A DNA stretch of 64,000 nucleotides from positions 1,074,131-1,138,130 of the forward strand of contig NC_134033.1 in assembly GCF_964204645.1 (NCBI RefSeq). Direction: 5' to 3'. Source of the DNA: Tubulanus polymorphus (taxonomy: Eukaryota; Animalia; Nemertea). Below the pieces are notes generated by a model. It was not told where the DNA came from, ran no database searches, and saw only the letters and a list, made by a program, of their open reading frames with translations. The stretch's first letter is position 1; each line of letters opens with the position of its first letter. The position numbers and the translations under genes are program-made. Of the stretch, positions 37,103 through 49,964 are shown one piece after another.

Positions 37103-38194
37103 CTATTTAGAATCACACAGATAATATATCAGTAAAAGCTGTTTAGCTTTTTTCCTAAAGGCGCCGTTTGTTGCGCAGTAAACGAAAAAATTTACGGATG
37201 AGTCTAAAACACTGAGCAGAATTCCTACTTTACGCATCATCATCATTTCATCAATAGATAGATGGTGATGTAATCCGAACGTGACACGCATGAAGAGTAA
37301 CAGACGGTCCAGCGATGCGGGAATTTCACAGATAAAAAACACAAGTACAATTATAAGAACCGCTTTTAATATTTTGAGTTCGGTAGATTTTTCACCGGGC
37401 GCCGCTGCGTCCGCGTGAAATTGTTTCTTTTGATTTAGTTTCCTATGTATCATAATTCCGAACAAAGTTAGATTTATCACAATCAGAAAGTTAAAAGGTA
37501 CAAGGACAGTCATGAAAATATAGGCTTTAGTTATGTTTTGGGCCGCATGGCCAGCTAAATAACTGAAACGTGTTCGAATGACTCCAAAAGCTCCAAAAGC
37601 TCCCATTGTGTATACAGCTTCGAAACAACGATCCGTAGCCAACCCGGGTAAATATTGTGGAAAATAATACGGCCAGAAACAAGTGGCGGAAGAAAGTGCG
37701 TTCAAAACCGACAGAAAAATGATATGTTTTTTGCTCCAGAATCGTCTAAAATACAGCGGACTCGCGACAACCAGAAGTCTTTCAAAATTTACTATGACTA
37801 CGGCCCAATTTTTTGCCATTTGAAACGTATAAAACAGTGGTTGAACCCAAATTATAATTTCGTGTCCAAAATACCAGTCATCGAAACGGCCGAGAAGATG
37901 TCGATTTTGTAGATTATGGATAATTATTATTCGAAGTGGATAAAGAAGAAACACTGAAAATACGAACAGTAAATCAAACCAGGCGAGAATGATTATAGTT
38001 TGATAAGTGTCGCGACCGATCTTTGTGAATACTAGAATAGAAACAGAGTTCAGAATCATTCCTAAAATTGAAGCCGGAAAATATCCGTACAAGTAAATAC
38101 TATAGCTGAAGACGTGATCCCATCTTAAGGGTGGATACCGGCGCAGGTCGTCGCAGTTTCCAAATGTAGTCTTAGCGATAGTGGTAGAATTCAT
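37103..38194 (-). CDS. Intronless class A GPCR, close paralog of 25833-26915, 363 aa
   Basis: ATG at 38194 (MNSTTIAK...); motifs LAWFD, ERLLVVASP, CEIP, DSSVNFFVY, CDSK*. Confidence 0.92.
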   Translation of the reverse strand: MNSTTIAKTTFGNCDDLRRYPPLRWDHVFSYSIYLYGYFPASILGMILNSVSILVFTKIGRDTYQTIIILAWFDLLFVFSVFLLYPLRIIIIHNLQNRHLLGRFDDWYFGHEIIIWVQPLFYTFQMAKNWAVVIVNFERLLVVASPLYFRRFWSKKHIIFLSVLNALSSATCFWPYYFPQYLPGLATDRCFEAVYTMGAFGAFGVIRTRFSYLAGHAAQNITKAYIFMTVLVPFNFLIVINLTLFGIMIHRKLNQKKQFHADAAAPGEKSTELKILKAVLIIVLVFFICEIPASLDRLLLFMRVTFGLHHHLSIDEMMMMRKVGILLSVLDSSVNFFVYCATNGAFRKKAKQLLLIYYLCDSK

Positions 38195-39037
38195 GTTGAA
38201 GCTCAAACGTCTGTAACCAGTGACTCTGCAGTAACACACAACTCCTCTTTCTGTCTCTCTATCTCTCTGCCTCACTCGCCCTTTCATCAAATCTACGCTC
38301 GATGCAAGCTGTGAATTATCACTATACCATAGGACAGTAAATTATATAGTACGCGTGCTTGAAAATTCAGATTTCACAAAGACGGAATTTCTATATACGT
38401 TTTACGCAAAGTGAAGTGAACTCAGCTACGACTGTCACGACACCAGACACGTTTAGAACCGAGAAGGCTACAAGTCAGTACAGTCTCATTCAGGCATCAT
38501 CATTGCACGCAGTGAACTTTCACTTTTAAATAAACCTGAGGACTTTAGGCTTTTTAACGGTAGAAGTATCAGAATTATTAACAACATAAATTTTATTCGA
38601 TTTTGTTTTATACCAATTACAACCGATCAAAATGAGTACAATTACGAGACCAGTTTAATGATAAAAATGTTCATTAGATAATTTAGGCATCCTTAATCCC
38701 TGTATCCGCTTTAACACATCATAAATAGCACGTCACAGCTTTCCGTTCGGATAGGAAGACGAGGACACTAAGATTATAAGATAAAGAATATTTGAATAAT
38801 TAGTTCACTTTTATTTCGCCATTTTATTAAGAGTAAAAATATATAGACATATAATATATAACCATCACATAACGTATATTTCTGTACATAAATTCTATGA
38901 CGTTTTTAATTAATTTTCAATGAATCGATTTATGAAAAATAAATTCATTTTCACTGATTTCCGATTGTTGAAAACTATGAGAAAAAAAAAATCCATTTTT
39001 CTCTTAAGTTTAACAAGACAGTTTTTAGGCTTAAAAA

Positions 39038-39239
39038 AAAATGATACCTTGTTTCTCCGCTCTGCTGAGCTTAAAAGTTGTCCCGGCCGGCCGCCTATCT
39101 ACCCTATACATTACTTTTTTAAAAAATCGTGATCAATTTTACCGTAACAGACCCGGCCGCTATAGAAATGAACTGTTCACAAATTTTATCATATTTTACA
39201 AAAATGACCCGGCCGCCGCAGAGAAACAAGGTATCATTT
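39038..39239. mobile_element. ~200-bp MITE
   Basis: aaatgataccttgtttctccgc...gcagagaaacaaggtatcattt inverted termini. Confidence 0.65.
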
Positions 39240-39249
39240 CTGATTAGCC

Positions 39250-39572
39250 TTATAATATATTTATATTTCTGTACATAAATTCAAATACCTTTTCTTTTTT
39301 CCAATTAATCTATTTATGAAAAAAATAAATCCATTTTCACAGATTTCAGGAAAAAGACTTTCAGGAAAATAAAAATTAACTTTTCGTTCAAGTTTCACAA
39401 AGCAGTGTTTATAATATATTTATATTTCTGTACATAAATTCAAATACCTTTTCATTTTTTCAATTAATCTATTTATGAAAAAAATAAATCCATTTTCACA
39501 GATTTCAGGAAAAAACCTTTCAGGAAAATAAAAATCAACTTTTCATTCAAGTTTCACAAAGCAGTTTTTATA
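39250..39572. repeat. ~160-bp direct tandem duplication
   Basis: ttataatatatttatatttctgtacataaattcaaatacc... occurs twice. Confidence 0.85.
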
Positions 39573-39844
39573 ATACGAGTCAAAGCATTCAGTAAATTAC
39601 ATGAACATGATTTGATAAAGCTTTAAGTCGCAGCCACCTGGTTTTTAATTTTCATGATCGGATATTCACGCAAACCTTCGCTGTCAAACCTAACCACAGC
39701 GACCATGACAGCAAACTTTGCTGAACAAAAAAATATATACTGGACTTACTTCCACAGATGACTGTCGAGTCGAAACTAACTAACCGAAAAAGGGGTCCAA
39801 TTTTAACTCCCATTCACGACTGCAGAATCGAGTCCTGAATTTAA

Positions 39845-40128
39845 CCCTTTCAGTGCCGACTAATTGATACCCTATAGTGCTGGAGATATAGAATTTTGAA
39901 AAATTCCACTGTAGTGTGTTGAATAACGAGAATACCACTATAGTGCATCTACACCGCGGCGCGGTGTATCGTTAGTTACTAATAGTTCACTATGTTCGAC
40001 AGGTGCTGCCATCTTTCAATAGAGATAGAAATTAATTACTAATTACGCCAATACACCGCAGTGCGGTGTACTAGCAAAATCCATCACCGATTTATACACC
40101 GCACTGCGGTGTAGACGCACTGAAAGGG
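39845..40128. mobile_element. piggyBac-like MITE, complete
   Basis: TTAA|CCCTTTCAGTGC...GCACTGAAAGGG|TTAA; same family as 20809. Confidence 0.85.
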
Positions 40129-40596
40129 TTAAATCTACCCCTAAGACGTTTAATTGGACCCTATTCCACAAATAATGCCCACATATATGTATCTATCATT
40201 CAAAGACTATGAATTCAAAATTTGAATAAAAAACTAATGCGACACCGATAACAATATTGTAGCAATAAAATCAAATGTCGCAGTAAAATTTAAAAACACA
40301 AAGATTCCGAAAACATCGTATCGGCCACACGAGGGCCTAGTCCAATAGCGGGACCGGTAGAAAATCTCATTTTCCGCTTCGCGGTTCAAGAAAAAAAAAT
40401 TCTACCAATAGTTCGAAACATTTTCACCTGAGATTCATTTCGTGAGATTTCAATTTTTCAAGCGCAAACTAAATTTTCCTGATTCTAATAATCTTACGCC
40501 AAATTCTGAGTATTTAGTAAATGTGAGTATTTCAGTAGAAAATCTGAAAATCCTTTAACCCTTTCATCGCATAAAAATTCCCCAAGTATTGCTTCA

Positions 40597-40795
40597 AATC
40601 CGTAGTAATGTATGTAAATTCATGGTAATTCATGTAAATTCATGGTAAATTATGTAAATCCATGGTAGTTTATGCAAATCTGTGGTAATCAATGCAAATC
40701 TGCCGTAATTCATGCAAATACATGGTAATCTATGTAAATCCATGGTAATTTATGCAAATCCGTGGTAATCTATGTAAATCCGTGGTAATTTATGT
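40597..40795. repeat. 20-bp minisatellite overlapping the LHFPL stop codon and 3'UTR
   Basis: c(a/g)tggtaatt(t/c)atg(t/c)aaatc units. Confidence 0.85.
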
Positions 40796-42179
40796 TGCCA
40801 AATTTTTTGTATCGCACGGCATTACACGACAGGAAACAGGAAATGAAAGTCAGAGCGCCCCCTATTGCCGTCAGATAGAACGCCCATCCGATCGAGCACA
40901 TTCCTGAAAATAAAAATATTTTGAAAAATTTTAAAATTGATTTAAATTCAGATTATCTCCGAAACCTCTCGCGCCAACTTAGAAAGTTTCGAGCTCTTTA
41001 ATTCGATTCGATTAAATTTCTTCTTGAAAACACTTGAGAGCGTTACCTGGATTGTACGGTTTCACAGTGTTCCCGCAGACGGACGAAACCTCTGCGTTAT
41101 CCCAACCAATCGGATACAGAGCACATCCTCCACCAATCAACAGCCCTGAAATCAACATAAATCAAATGTCTATCAGGAGTCATGAGTTTAATTCAAAATG
41201 AACTAGAAATCATTCAAATTTTTTTTTTTTCATATATTATTTGAAGCTAAAAAGAGTAGAATCACTCTCGAATAGAAGTTTTCAACAGGACAAGAACAGA
41301 CCCTTTCAGTGTACGTACCTCGCGGTGCGGTGTATAATGCACATTGCGCCTACCCCATGAGGCAGTGTATCTGTTAAGTAAAATCTTTACTGAAAGAAGG
41401 CAGCACCTGTCAAATACTATGAAATGAAGGTAACTAACAATACACCGCACTGTGGAGTAGACACACTATAGCAATATGCCTGTTATACACCGCACTGCAG
41501 TGGAATTTTCTAAAATTTTCATAACATCTCCAGGACCCGGTTTCATAGACTGAGTATCAAAATAATCCCTCGGGATAAATCCTAAATCTGGGTAACAACC
41601 ACCATAGTAACAATGAGAAACCATGGTTATAACTAACAAATTTGAAAATGTTCCCAGGGACTATTATTTTTTTCCACATCGATGAAACCCAGCCCTGCAT
41701 TTTAGAGTTTAAACCGTCGGCACCGAAAGGGTTCCGGGATTCTAAAACTTACCGGCGCATCCTTGCAAAGCGCCGCTGATCCGCGCCGAACTTTTACTGA
41801 ATACATCCATCAGACAAATGGCGAACACCGTCAAAAACGCCATCAACAACGCCACGCCACACCCGGTACCGATAACAATCGTCGACACGCGCCACCATAA
41901 ACTAGGAATGGCGTCGAACGTGGTGTATCTGCCGCAGCCACTGATGACGCCATCTTCGCCGTCCACGCTCTGGTGGTAGTAGTTATTACAACGACGGAAA
42001 GTTCCGAAACTGATTTCGGCGTCGATCGAGTCGTCGGCGCTGCTTCGCAATTTACCCTCGAGCCAGTACGGTAAATAGAACCCGATACCGGCGGCGACCG
42101 CGGCGACCGTCGATATCAACGCCCACACGACGCCACCGCAATTCAAACGAGACGTGTAGACTTTCAGTTTGATCGCCAT
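40770..42179 (-). CDS. LHFPL tetraspan family protein (LHFP/LHFPL6-like), 219 aa, 3 coding exons
   Basis: Exons 42179-41753, 41145-41047, 40903-40770 give PYWLEG..SFGTFRRC..CGRY..F..IPS.WW..Q..AGLL.GGGC.LYP.GWD..EV...CG....Y.PG.C.IGWAFY, the LHFPL family pattern. Confidence 0.92.
41301..41731. mobile_element. Older piggyBac-like MITE with nested MITE (41531-41697)
   Basis: ccctttcagtg...caccgaaaggg, interrupted by caggacccggtttca...tgaaacccagccctg. Confidence 0.65.
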
Positions 42180-42534
42180 TGTTGCGGCTACCCTAGCGAC
42201 GACTGGTTAGTTACGTTAACGATCCGTCTGTCATTGTCTTTGTGTCGGAAAATCTGAAAAAATTATAAATTCGAAACCGAATTAATCAAACGCGGAAAAA
42301 AATATACATCTCATCCAAAAAGTTCGAAGTTGTGAGTTTATAAAACTCGGGATTCCATTTCACAAAAAGGATTAACCTCATCAATTAATCCAGTTAATCT
42401 TTACTTAAATCAAAACGATATCGGAGTTAATCCTTTTTGTGGAACCGAAAATATGATTAATCTCATACCAGATATAACAAACTATCGGTGTAACTGTAAT
42501 TCTATATTAACTCACACTGCAAACTGGTTCTTCA

Positions 42535-43057
42535 GTTCAGATTACCCTCACAACTGTGGAACTGGATCCTGAATTACCCTCACAACTGTGGAACTGGATC
42601 CTGAATTACCCTCACAACTGTGGAACTGGATCCTGAATTACCCTCACAACTGTGGAACTGGATCCTGAATTACCCTCACAACTTTGGAACTGGATCCTGA
42701 ATTCAAAATTACCCTCACAACTGTGGAACTGGATCCTGAGTTCACAGTTAACACTTACTCACAACTGTGGAACTGGATCCTGAGTTCACAGTTAACTCTA
42801 ACTCACAACTGTGGAACTGGATCCTGAATTCAGAATTACCCTCACAACTGTGGAACTGGATCCTGAGTTCACAGTTAACACTTACTCACAACTGTGGAAC
42901 TGGATCCTGAGTTCACAGTTAACTCTAATTCACAACTGTGGAACTGGATCCTGAGTTTTCAGTTAACTCTAACTCACAACTGTAGAACTGGATCCTGAGT
43001 TTTCAGTTAACTCTAATTCACAACTGTGGAACTGGATCCTGAATTACCCTCACAACT
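42535..43057. repeat. Minisatellite, 31-43 bp units (ACAACTGTGGAACTGGATCCTGA core)
   Basis: Visible tandem units in the probable LHFPL 5'UTR intron. Confidence 0.9.
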
Positions 43058-43754
43058 TGAATCGACAGTATTCTACAGACTTGTAGATCCGTAGTAAAGT
43101 GATACGAATATAAGAAAAAGTAGCATGCGAGTAATTCCAGTGTTTATTGTACGCACGCATGAGTCTTTCATTCACCACTGGCTGCTCGAGTAATGAAGTA
43201 TGTGCTACACCGCTCGTAGATATGATTAGGTATAAAAATAAACTTCCGGAATGAAGAGTGAGAGAGAAATATGAAACCATTCTGATCGCGTTATCACATC
43301 ATGTGTTTGTAATAAGTTCAAACGTTTTCATTCAACCTCTATAAATACCTGTATATCAAGCAAGGGCAGTCGAGGTTGATTCTAGGGAAGGGGGAGAGAG
43401 GGGCTGTCAGGAGGCGTTATAGTCTTAATGTAATTTTCTACTCTGAAAATCTAACCACGAGTCACCAAAATTAGTATACGAAAAAAGAATATCAAGGATA
43501 TCATTGAACACATTTCAATATAGACTTGATCCAGAAAAATGTGTGCGGGAAGAAGGACTTACAAATACTGGTCTCCACAATATAGACACTAGACACTAGA
43601 TCAACCTCATAATAGAACCATTAATAAACAGGCCTATATACATTATGTACTATCAATGGTACAGTACAGAGTACACCGAAAATCAAAACATTTAACTCAT
43701 TAATTATTTCCATTTAGTTCGACCCAAACTAGAGTGACAACTGCGGAAATGGTT

Positions 43755-44095
43755 TCAGTAACTGTGGAACTGAGTATAGTTACTGTAGAACTGGGTCCTG
43801 TACTGTGGAACAGGGTCCAGTAACTGTGGAACTGAGTCCAGAACTCAGAGTCCAGAACTGTGGAACTGAGTCCAGTAAATGTGGAACTGAGTCCTAAACT
43901 GTGGAACTGCGACCTGAACTGTGGTACTGGGACCAGAAATGTGGAACTGAGTCCAGAACTATCGGATTGGATACTGAACTGTTGCCCTTTTGTCCAGAAC
44001 TGTGTGAAATGAATCCAGCTTCTGGTACGATGGACCCATGGAACTGAGTCCCGAACTGTGGAACTTGGCCCAGAAGTGTGGAACTAAGTCCAGAC
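43755..44095. repeat. ~20-bp degenerate minisatellite (CTGTGGAACTGAGTCC core)
   Basis: Tandem units. Confidence 0.8.
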
Positions 44096-47000
44096 GAAGT
44101 GTTTAATTGAATTCACTAATTACAGTTATTATGGTAATTAAGAGAATTATTCCACCATTAATTGATGTAGTTACAAGTAACAAGTAAACAGTGTATCTCA
44201 ACACCAACAGCAAATACACAGTAAAATAGGTCAAATATATTAACACATACCAACAGGCCTCCGTGTAGAGCGAGCCAATATTAGGGATATAAAAATATCC
44301 ATCCATATGGAGCTGAACATTTATCCTAAGTCTGATTGTCTACCCTATATTGACAAACAAACCTTCTAAACAGACAAAGTAAAATTTACTTAACCAACCT
44401 TTAACTTTCCTGATAATTTTACAAACCACTGTTCTGTGACTGTGTCAGTCAGTCCAGAGCCCCAGAAGGGAACTACAACATCAAATTGACCCTAGTCAGT
44501 AACCAGTCCGTGGTTTAGTTTCAATTGGATATTTTCATAAGCCCATCCGATTAAAGGCTTACCACCAACAATTAGGTAACTTAACTAAATTGACCCCCCC
44601 CCCCCTGCTCGCTCTAGGCCGGCCCAAGAAGCAGCGTGTTCTTGCTGTCGACTTTCGCTATTCGAAACCTCTGTCACGAGTCAATATCAGAGATTAGCCA
44701 CAAATATAATTTCAAAATTCAGAAATGCCAGAATTGGTTACATCAACGTGTACATACATATACAGATACAGAAATTTGTAGTAATAAAATCGTGATTGAA
44801 TTGAAATTGATATGCAATCGACTCGGCTTTTGACGTTTTAAAAGTCTTTGAACAAAATTTTGCACTCAATTATTGAACATTGTATTCTAAACAAACTGAT
44901 TATTTACCTGAATTTCGATGACAGTCTCTAAATAATTCTCCGCGAGTCAAGAGAAAACTAATTTTTTAGAGCATCCACGAAACGGAAGTACCAAAAACCA
45001 TACATATCATATTTGTTACATCGTATGCTAAATAATTTTGTTTTTCAGATTCATACAGTTACTTCCGCATATTTAGGTTCGAATCCCGATTTTAGCGATT
45101 CGGTATTTAAATTCGCCACCGGGCGTCACATGGAGGATGGATGACACCAGTATCCTTTTCTTTAATTTTTGCATAAAAGGGATATCGGTGTCATCCATCC
45201 TCCATTGAATTGTGACAAGCTCCTATGAAATTGATATTCTTAGTTTGCCCTATGAGACGAAAGTATTGGTCTGCTGCGGTGCCCCTCCCGCTTTAATTTC
45301 AAAAATAATTGACCAATTAGCACTGTATCCTCGAGTTAGCCTATCAAGAAACTGCTCCTTCTATTCTATGCTCCCGCTAATTAAATCAGTATTTTATTAA
45401 CCACTGAAAAGCACCACAGCGGAATTGTTGCTATAGAAATTAACAACTAAAAAGTTTCAACATGAATGATGAAAATGTACATCGTTTTATTCACACGACA
45501 ATAATATCTTAATCGAGGAATCATCATGCAAGTTCCTAATTTACAAACATGCGTTATGTGTTACAATAACAATCTCCAACATAGAACATTAAAACTAGAA
45601 ATGGAACATACAGATTCACTTTGGAAATCTAAGTATCAACTAATCATTACTTTCACTAGAAAACTAGAATTTTGCCTACTTTGCCTTGTCTTAAAGATTT
45701 CCAAGCACCTTGGCATTAAATACTAAGTATTCTGATGTTTTTTTTCTGGCAGCTTCGAAAACATCAACATAATCATACAATCGGTAACTAATCAATAACA
45801 TCAATAACTTAAGTTTATAGCTGTTTTACATTCTTTCTAAAAAGTAAAATGTATTAACCAGATTTTAGATTGTAAGTCTACCCCAGTATAACGATCAACA
45901 GTCACAGCAGTGATTGAGCGCAGCTAGTTGAAAGGACGGGTCGATCTTTCATCACAGTTATTCAAAGCATTCCATCATATCAGTTATTTTCTTTAAGTGT
46001 GTTCGATTTAGTTAAGGTTTATGGTTATTTGTTTTGTTCATTACAATAACCGAGTCCGATAGAATGCTTTGAATAACAACAGAAAAGATCTCGGGTTTTC
46101 GCTATACTTAGGGAAGGTTGTTCGATAAATGAAGAACCTTGTTGATAAATATTTGAAAAAATGCCTTTTCATGTAAATAGAATATTAATTTGTTGTTTGT
46201 TTTTATTGTTGTTCATTATTTTAATCTATTTTTCAATATCATCTATTTATGTATGTACTTGTATTTTGTATTATTTACTACTTATTATTTATTGGTTTTT
46301 TTTTAATTTTTTTTTTTTTAATTTATGTACTTGTAGTTTGTATTATGTATTATTCATACTCCTCTATTTACAACTGCAGGCATTTTTTCACTGTAAAGTT
46401 TCTGGGCCCATTTTAGAAAAGCACTACCGATTCACTGCCACTCCTTAATAATCATTATACACCCGATTTGAAGCTAAGTGATTATTCACGAGAGCCATCT
46501 CGTGATATGGATTTACCCATTACAATAAAAGAAGTTCAAACAGCTATAAACAATGTTAAAACGTTCAAAATTATTCCTAGCTATAACTTTATGCCTTGTT
46601 ATTCCTAGCTTTACCTCTCAAATGTAAATAATGGTCGCCTTTCAGATAAAAGCTTTTGTTTTCAAATACGTAGCTATGATCATCGAACAGATTGATGGAG
46701 GCTTAAAGGTCAAAATGAAAATCGACATATACGATTCAATTGTGAATCGGTTACATGGGCCTTCGAAAATATGAATGCCATCAAATTAGTACATCTTCAA
46801 TTCAGCAAATACTTAATATTTGTACATCAACACTGGCCTAACATTATGTTCTATGTTTCCTAACTACGTGATACCTACACGGACAAATGGCCATAAATGA
46901 CTATGTTTAACTATGGTAAAGTTTGATGATTAAACTGACAACATCACGTTGAAACTATATCTCAGTTAAGGAGTTAACTCAACAGACCTACGAGTCCCTA

Positions 47001-49964
47001 GTGACTAACTTAACTTGACTAATTTATCGACCAAGGATCGAAGACCAATATCGTTAATTAATGGAGCTTAGCTTTTATTAGACTCTCACATTGCATAAAA
47101 CATCATAAAATAATATCCTCGAAAACACTATAATCAGACTGGTTTGAAAAAGGTGATAAGCAAAAAAATCAATACTTTACTAAAGAAGTCCGCTATTGTC
47201 TTTGCCGCTCCTGGATCTCAGTGTTTATAACATGCACTATTGTTTATGTAGCTCACTTATAAGATACAGTGATTCATCCTGATTTAGTGTCTATGAGATA
47301 ATCCATTAGCTCTGTCGCTCGAATCAGTGTTTATAAGATTCACTATTGTCTCTGCTGCTCCTGATAAAATGTTTTATAGAAATCAACCACCGATTGTAGA
47401 AGAATCCATCGTTGAGTGATTAATCCGTCGCTGGCTCCTCAACTTATCACCTGGGCTTCTGCAGTTTTCATCAGCAAATGGGTTAATCAGTATTCATCTA
47501 CTTGTAGATTTTCTGATGAGTAGTTGATCTCAAGCTGAGCTTTTTCTTATAGTTAAAATTTAGCTGCAATGAATAAAAGAAGATATCCTGTAATGACAAA
47601 ATATTTCAATAAGAATTAATCATAATAATTTCATGTATATCAAGTTACCTCATATGATTGCTTGGTTCGTAATCGGCGTGGATCATCTAAGTTGGTTGGT
47701 TAATGAGTTCGATTCTAATTGGCCTCATCTGTATGCTGTTCCGGTTGGTTGATGTTGGTTGATTTTGGACGAGTAGCTGATCTCAAGCTGGGTTTTTTCT
47801 GATAGTTGAAATTCAGCTGCAATAAAAGAAGATATGTTGTAATGACAAAATATTTCATTTAGAATTTATCATAATAATTTCCATAAAAATAAACTTACCG
47901 GTACATTTCAAGATTGATTGGTTGAGTATCGGTGACGATCTTCTGAGTTGGTTGGATTTTCTGCGGGCAATTGGTAGATTTCGTTTAGTTGAGTATTGGT
48001 GACGATATTCTGAGTTTGTTTGATTCTTCTGCGGGCGATTGGTAGATTTCGTTTGATTGATTTGAGTTGGTGTCCCTTACACACCACACCTGCCGGGAGC
48101 GAAACAGGCGGTTTTTTTTCAAAATCGGAAATCGAAGTACAGATATAGTTGTGTGATCGGCGGTCGAGTTTACAGAATTTTCTTTCTTTAAATCCAAGCA
48201 CATAATTGCGAAATTTGGTTCCAGTTCATTCAAACAATCTTGCAACCAGTCAGAAAGCGACTGATTGGGGTTAACTTTTTTTCTGCCTATTTTTATACAT
48301 CGAGATTTTGGATATTAAGGTTGAAGATCATTTTGTGCATTCTATGACTAGTCGATTAGTAGTTTAGCTGGAAAAAAGAGCAGAATCTTGTGAGCAAAAA
48401 ATCCTTTCGAATATCACTGATCATAATGAACGTGTCAATTCACATATAAGATCAGCAATGTGGACCGATACGTAGATTTTGATGATAGTCAATTAATAGA
48501 TGATATTAATATGAAATTCAACTCATATAGTTATTCATCTATATTCTAGATATCTAAGCAACGGTTGATTATTATAGTTTAACAGCAGATCGATTATAGC
48601 ATCTATAGTCATCTTTAGGAATACCAGAGTTACAACATATTTAGTAATGCATAATAAATCTTATCGAATTATTTTTGTACTGTTTTTCTCTTCTACCATC
48701 GTTAATTCTTGATGTTTTTCTTTCTCGGGTGCTAAACACCCAGTGGCCAGTAGGCTTTTATTGAAACCCAGGACCATCATACAGTTAGTAATATTGCCCT
48801 ATATACATTTCGATTGTCGGCTAAACCATATTCGTATTATCAAATTAACTTCATCGTCAATTAATAAACTTTAAGAGATGTTTTCTAGTACCCATAGATG
48901 GTGACATCTGTATCCAGTGAATTGTATTCTAGCTATTCATTTTTAGTGGTAAATTAGAAATTCCCTTATAGCCGAATTGCTATACAATCTTTATTCCCCC
49001 TTTATAGTAGTACACTGTGTATAAGGATTGAAAGACCTTGTTATGACCGGACCTCCCTGGTGCGGTGCATGACATGATGCTAGAAAATAGTTTGAAGGAG
49101 AGGGGTTAGTAAAAGAGAGCTATAAGCAAGAGGAATAAGACCTAAGTTTAGGATATCCTGTCAGAATAAGGCTCTCAATCTGACATACACAGTGAAATTG
49201 AAATATTCCCCTTTCCAAATTCAGGAATGTATTTGAAGTACAGATTTGATTTATCTCCCTTCGATCAGAAGTAAATCTGCGTTAAATGATTTTGGCAATA
49301 AGTATTATAACTAATTTAGCTGTATGAAGACACAATAGGTTCACTTAAATACAGATAAATGAATGTGCTCAGATACAGATGTATCAGCTACATTAATTAG
49401 TAAATTGTCCTATCTATATCTTGATATGATTGTACAAGCCATATGAGGCCTGAAATATCTACGGTTCATTCGGAAAATTTCACATAAGATATTGAATTTA
49501 CCTTAATTGTACATACTTAAAAAATCCTGTAAATTGTCCTATCTATATCTATACCCCAGATATGATAATCAACTTAGCTTTATGTATGTATGCATTCCAG
49601 TTGCCATGCAGGATGAGGTCAAGACTGCCAGGTTTGGTTGCGGCAGGTCTTTCGGTATTTGGTTCATTCAAGGTGGAGTCTTTTGTGGGCACTTCTAGTG
49701 GGTAGATTTTAGATGGGCCTTTCCGGATTAACCTGAAATGAGTAAAAGAACGATATTCTGTAGTTACACAATCCTTTCTGTATCATACATCGTAATTTAC
49801 ATGAGTATCAACTTAACTTTCAATATTGCTGAGTTCAGTGTTCTTTTTTCGCCATCTTCGGTAGTCGCCTTCAGCATCTTCTTCTTCATCTTGGGAGTCC
49901 TGAAATGAAAAAAAAAGAGAAGAGCAATGAAAACCTGGTACGGAACAAAACTAATGTCTGAAAG

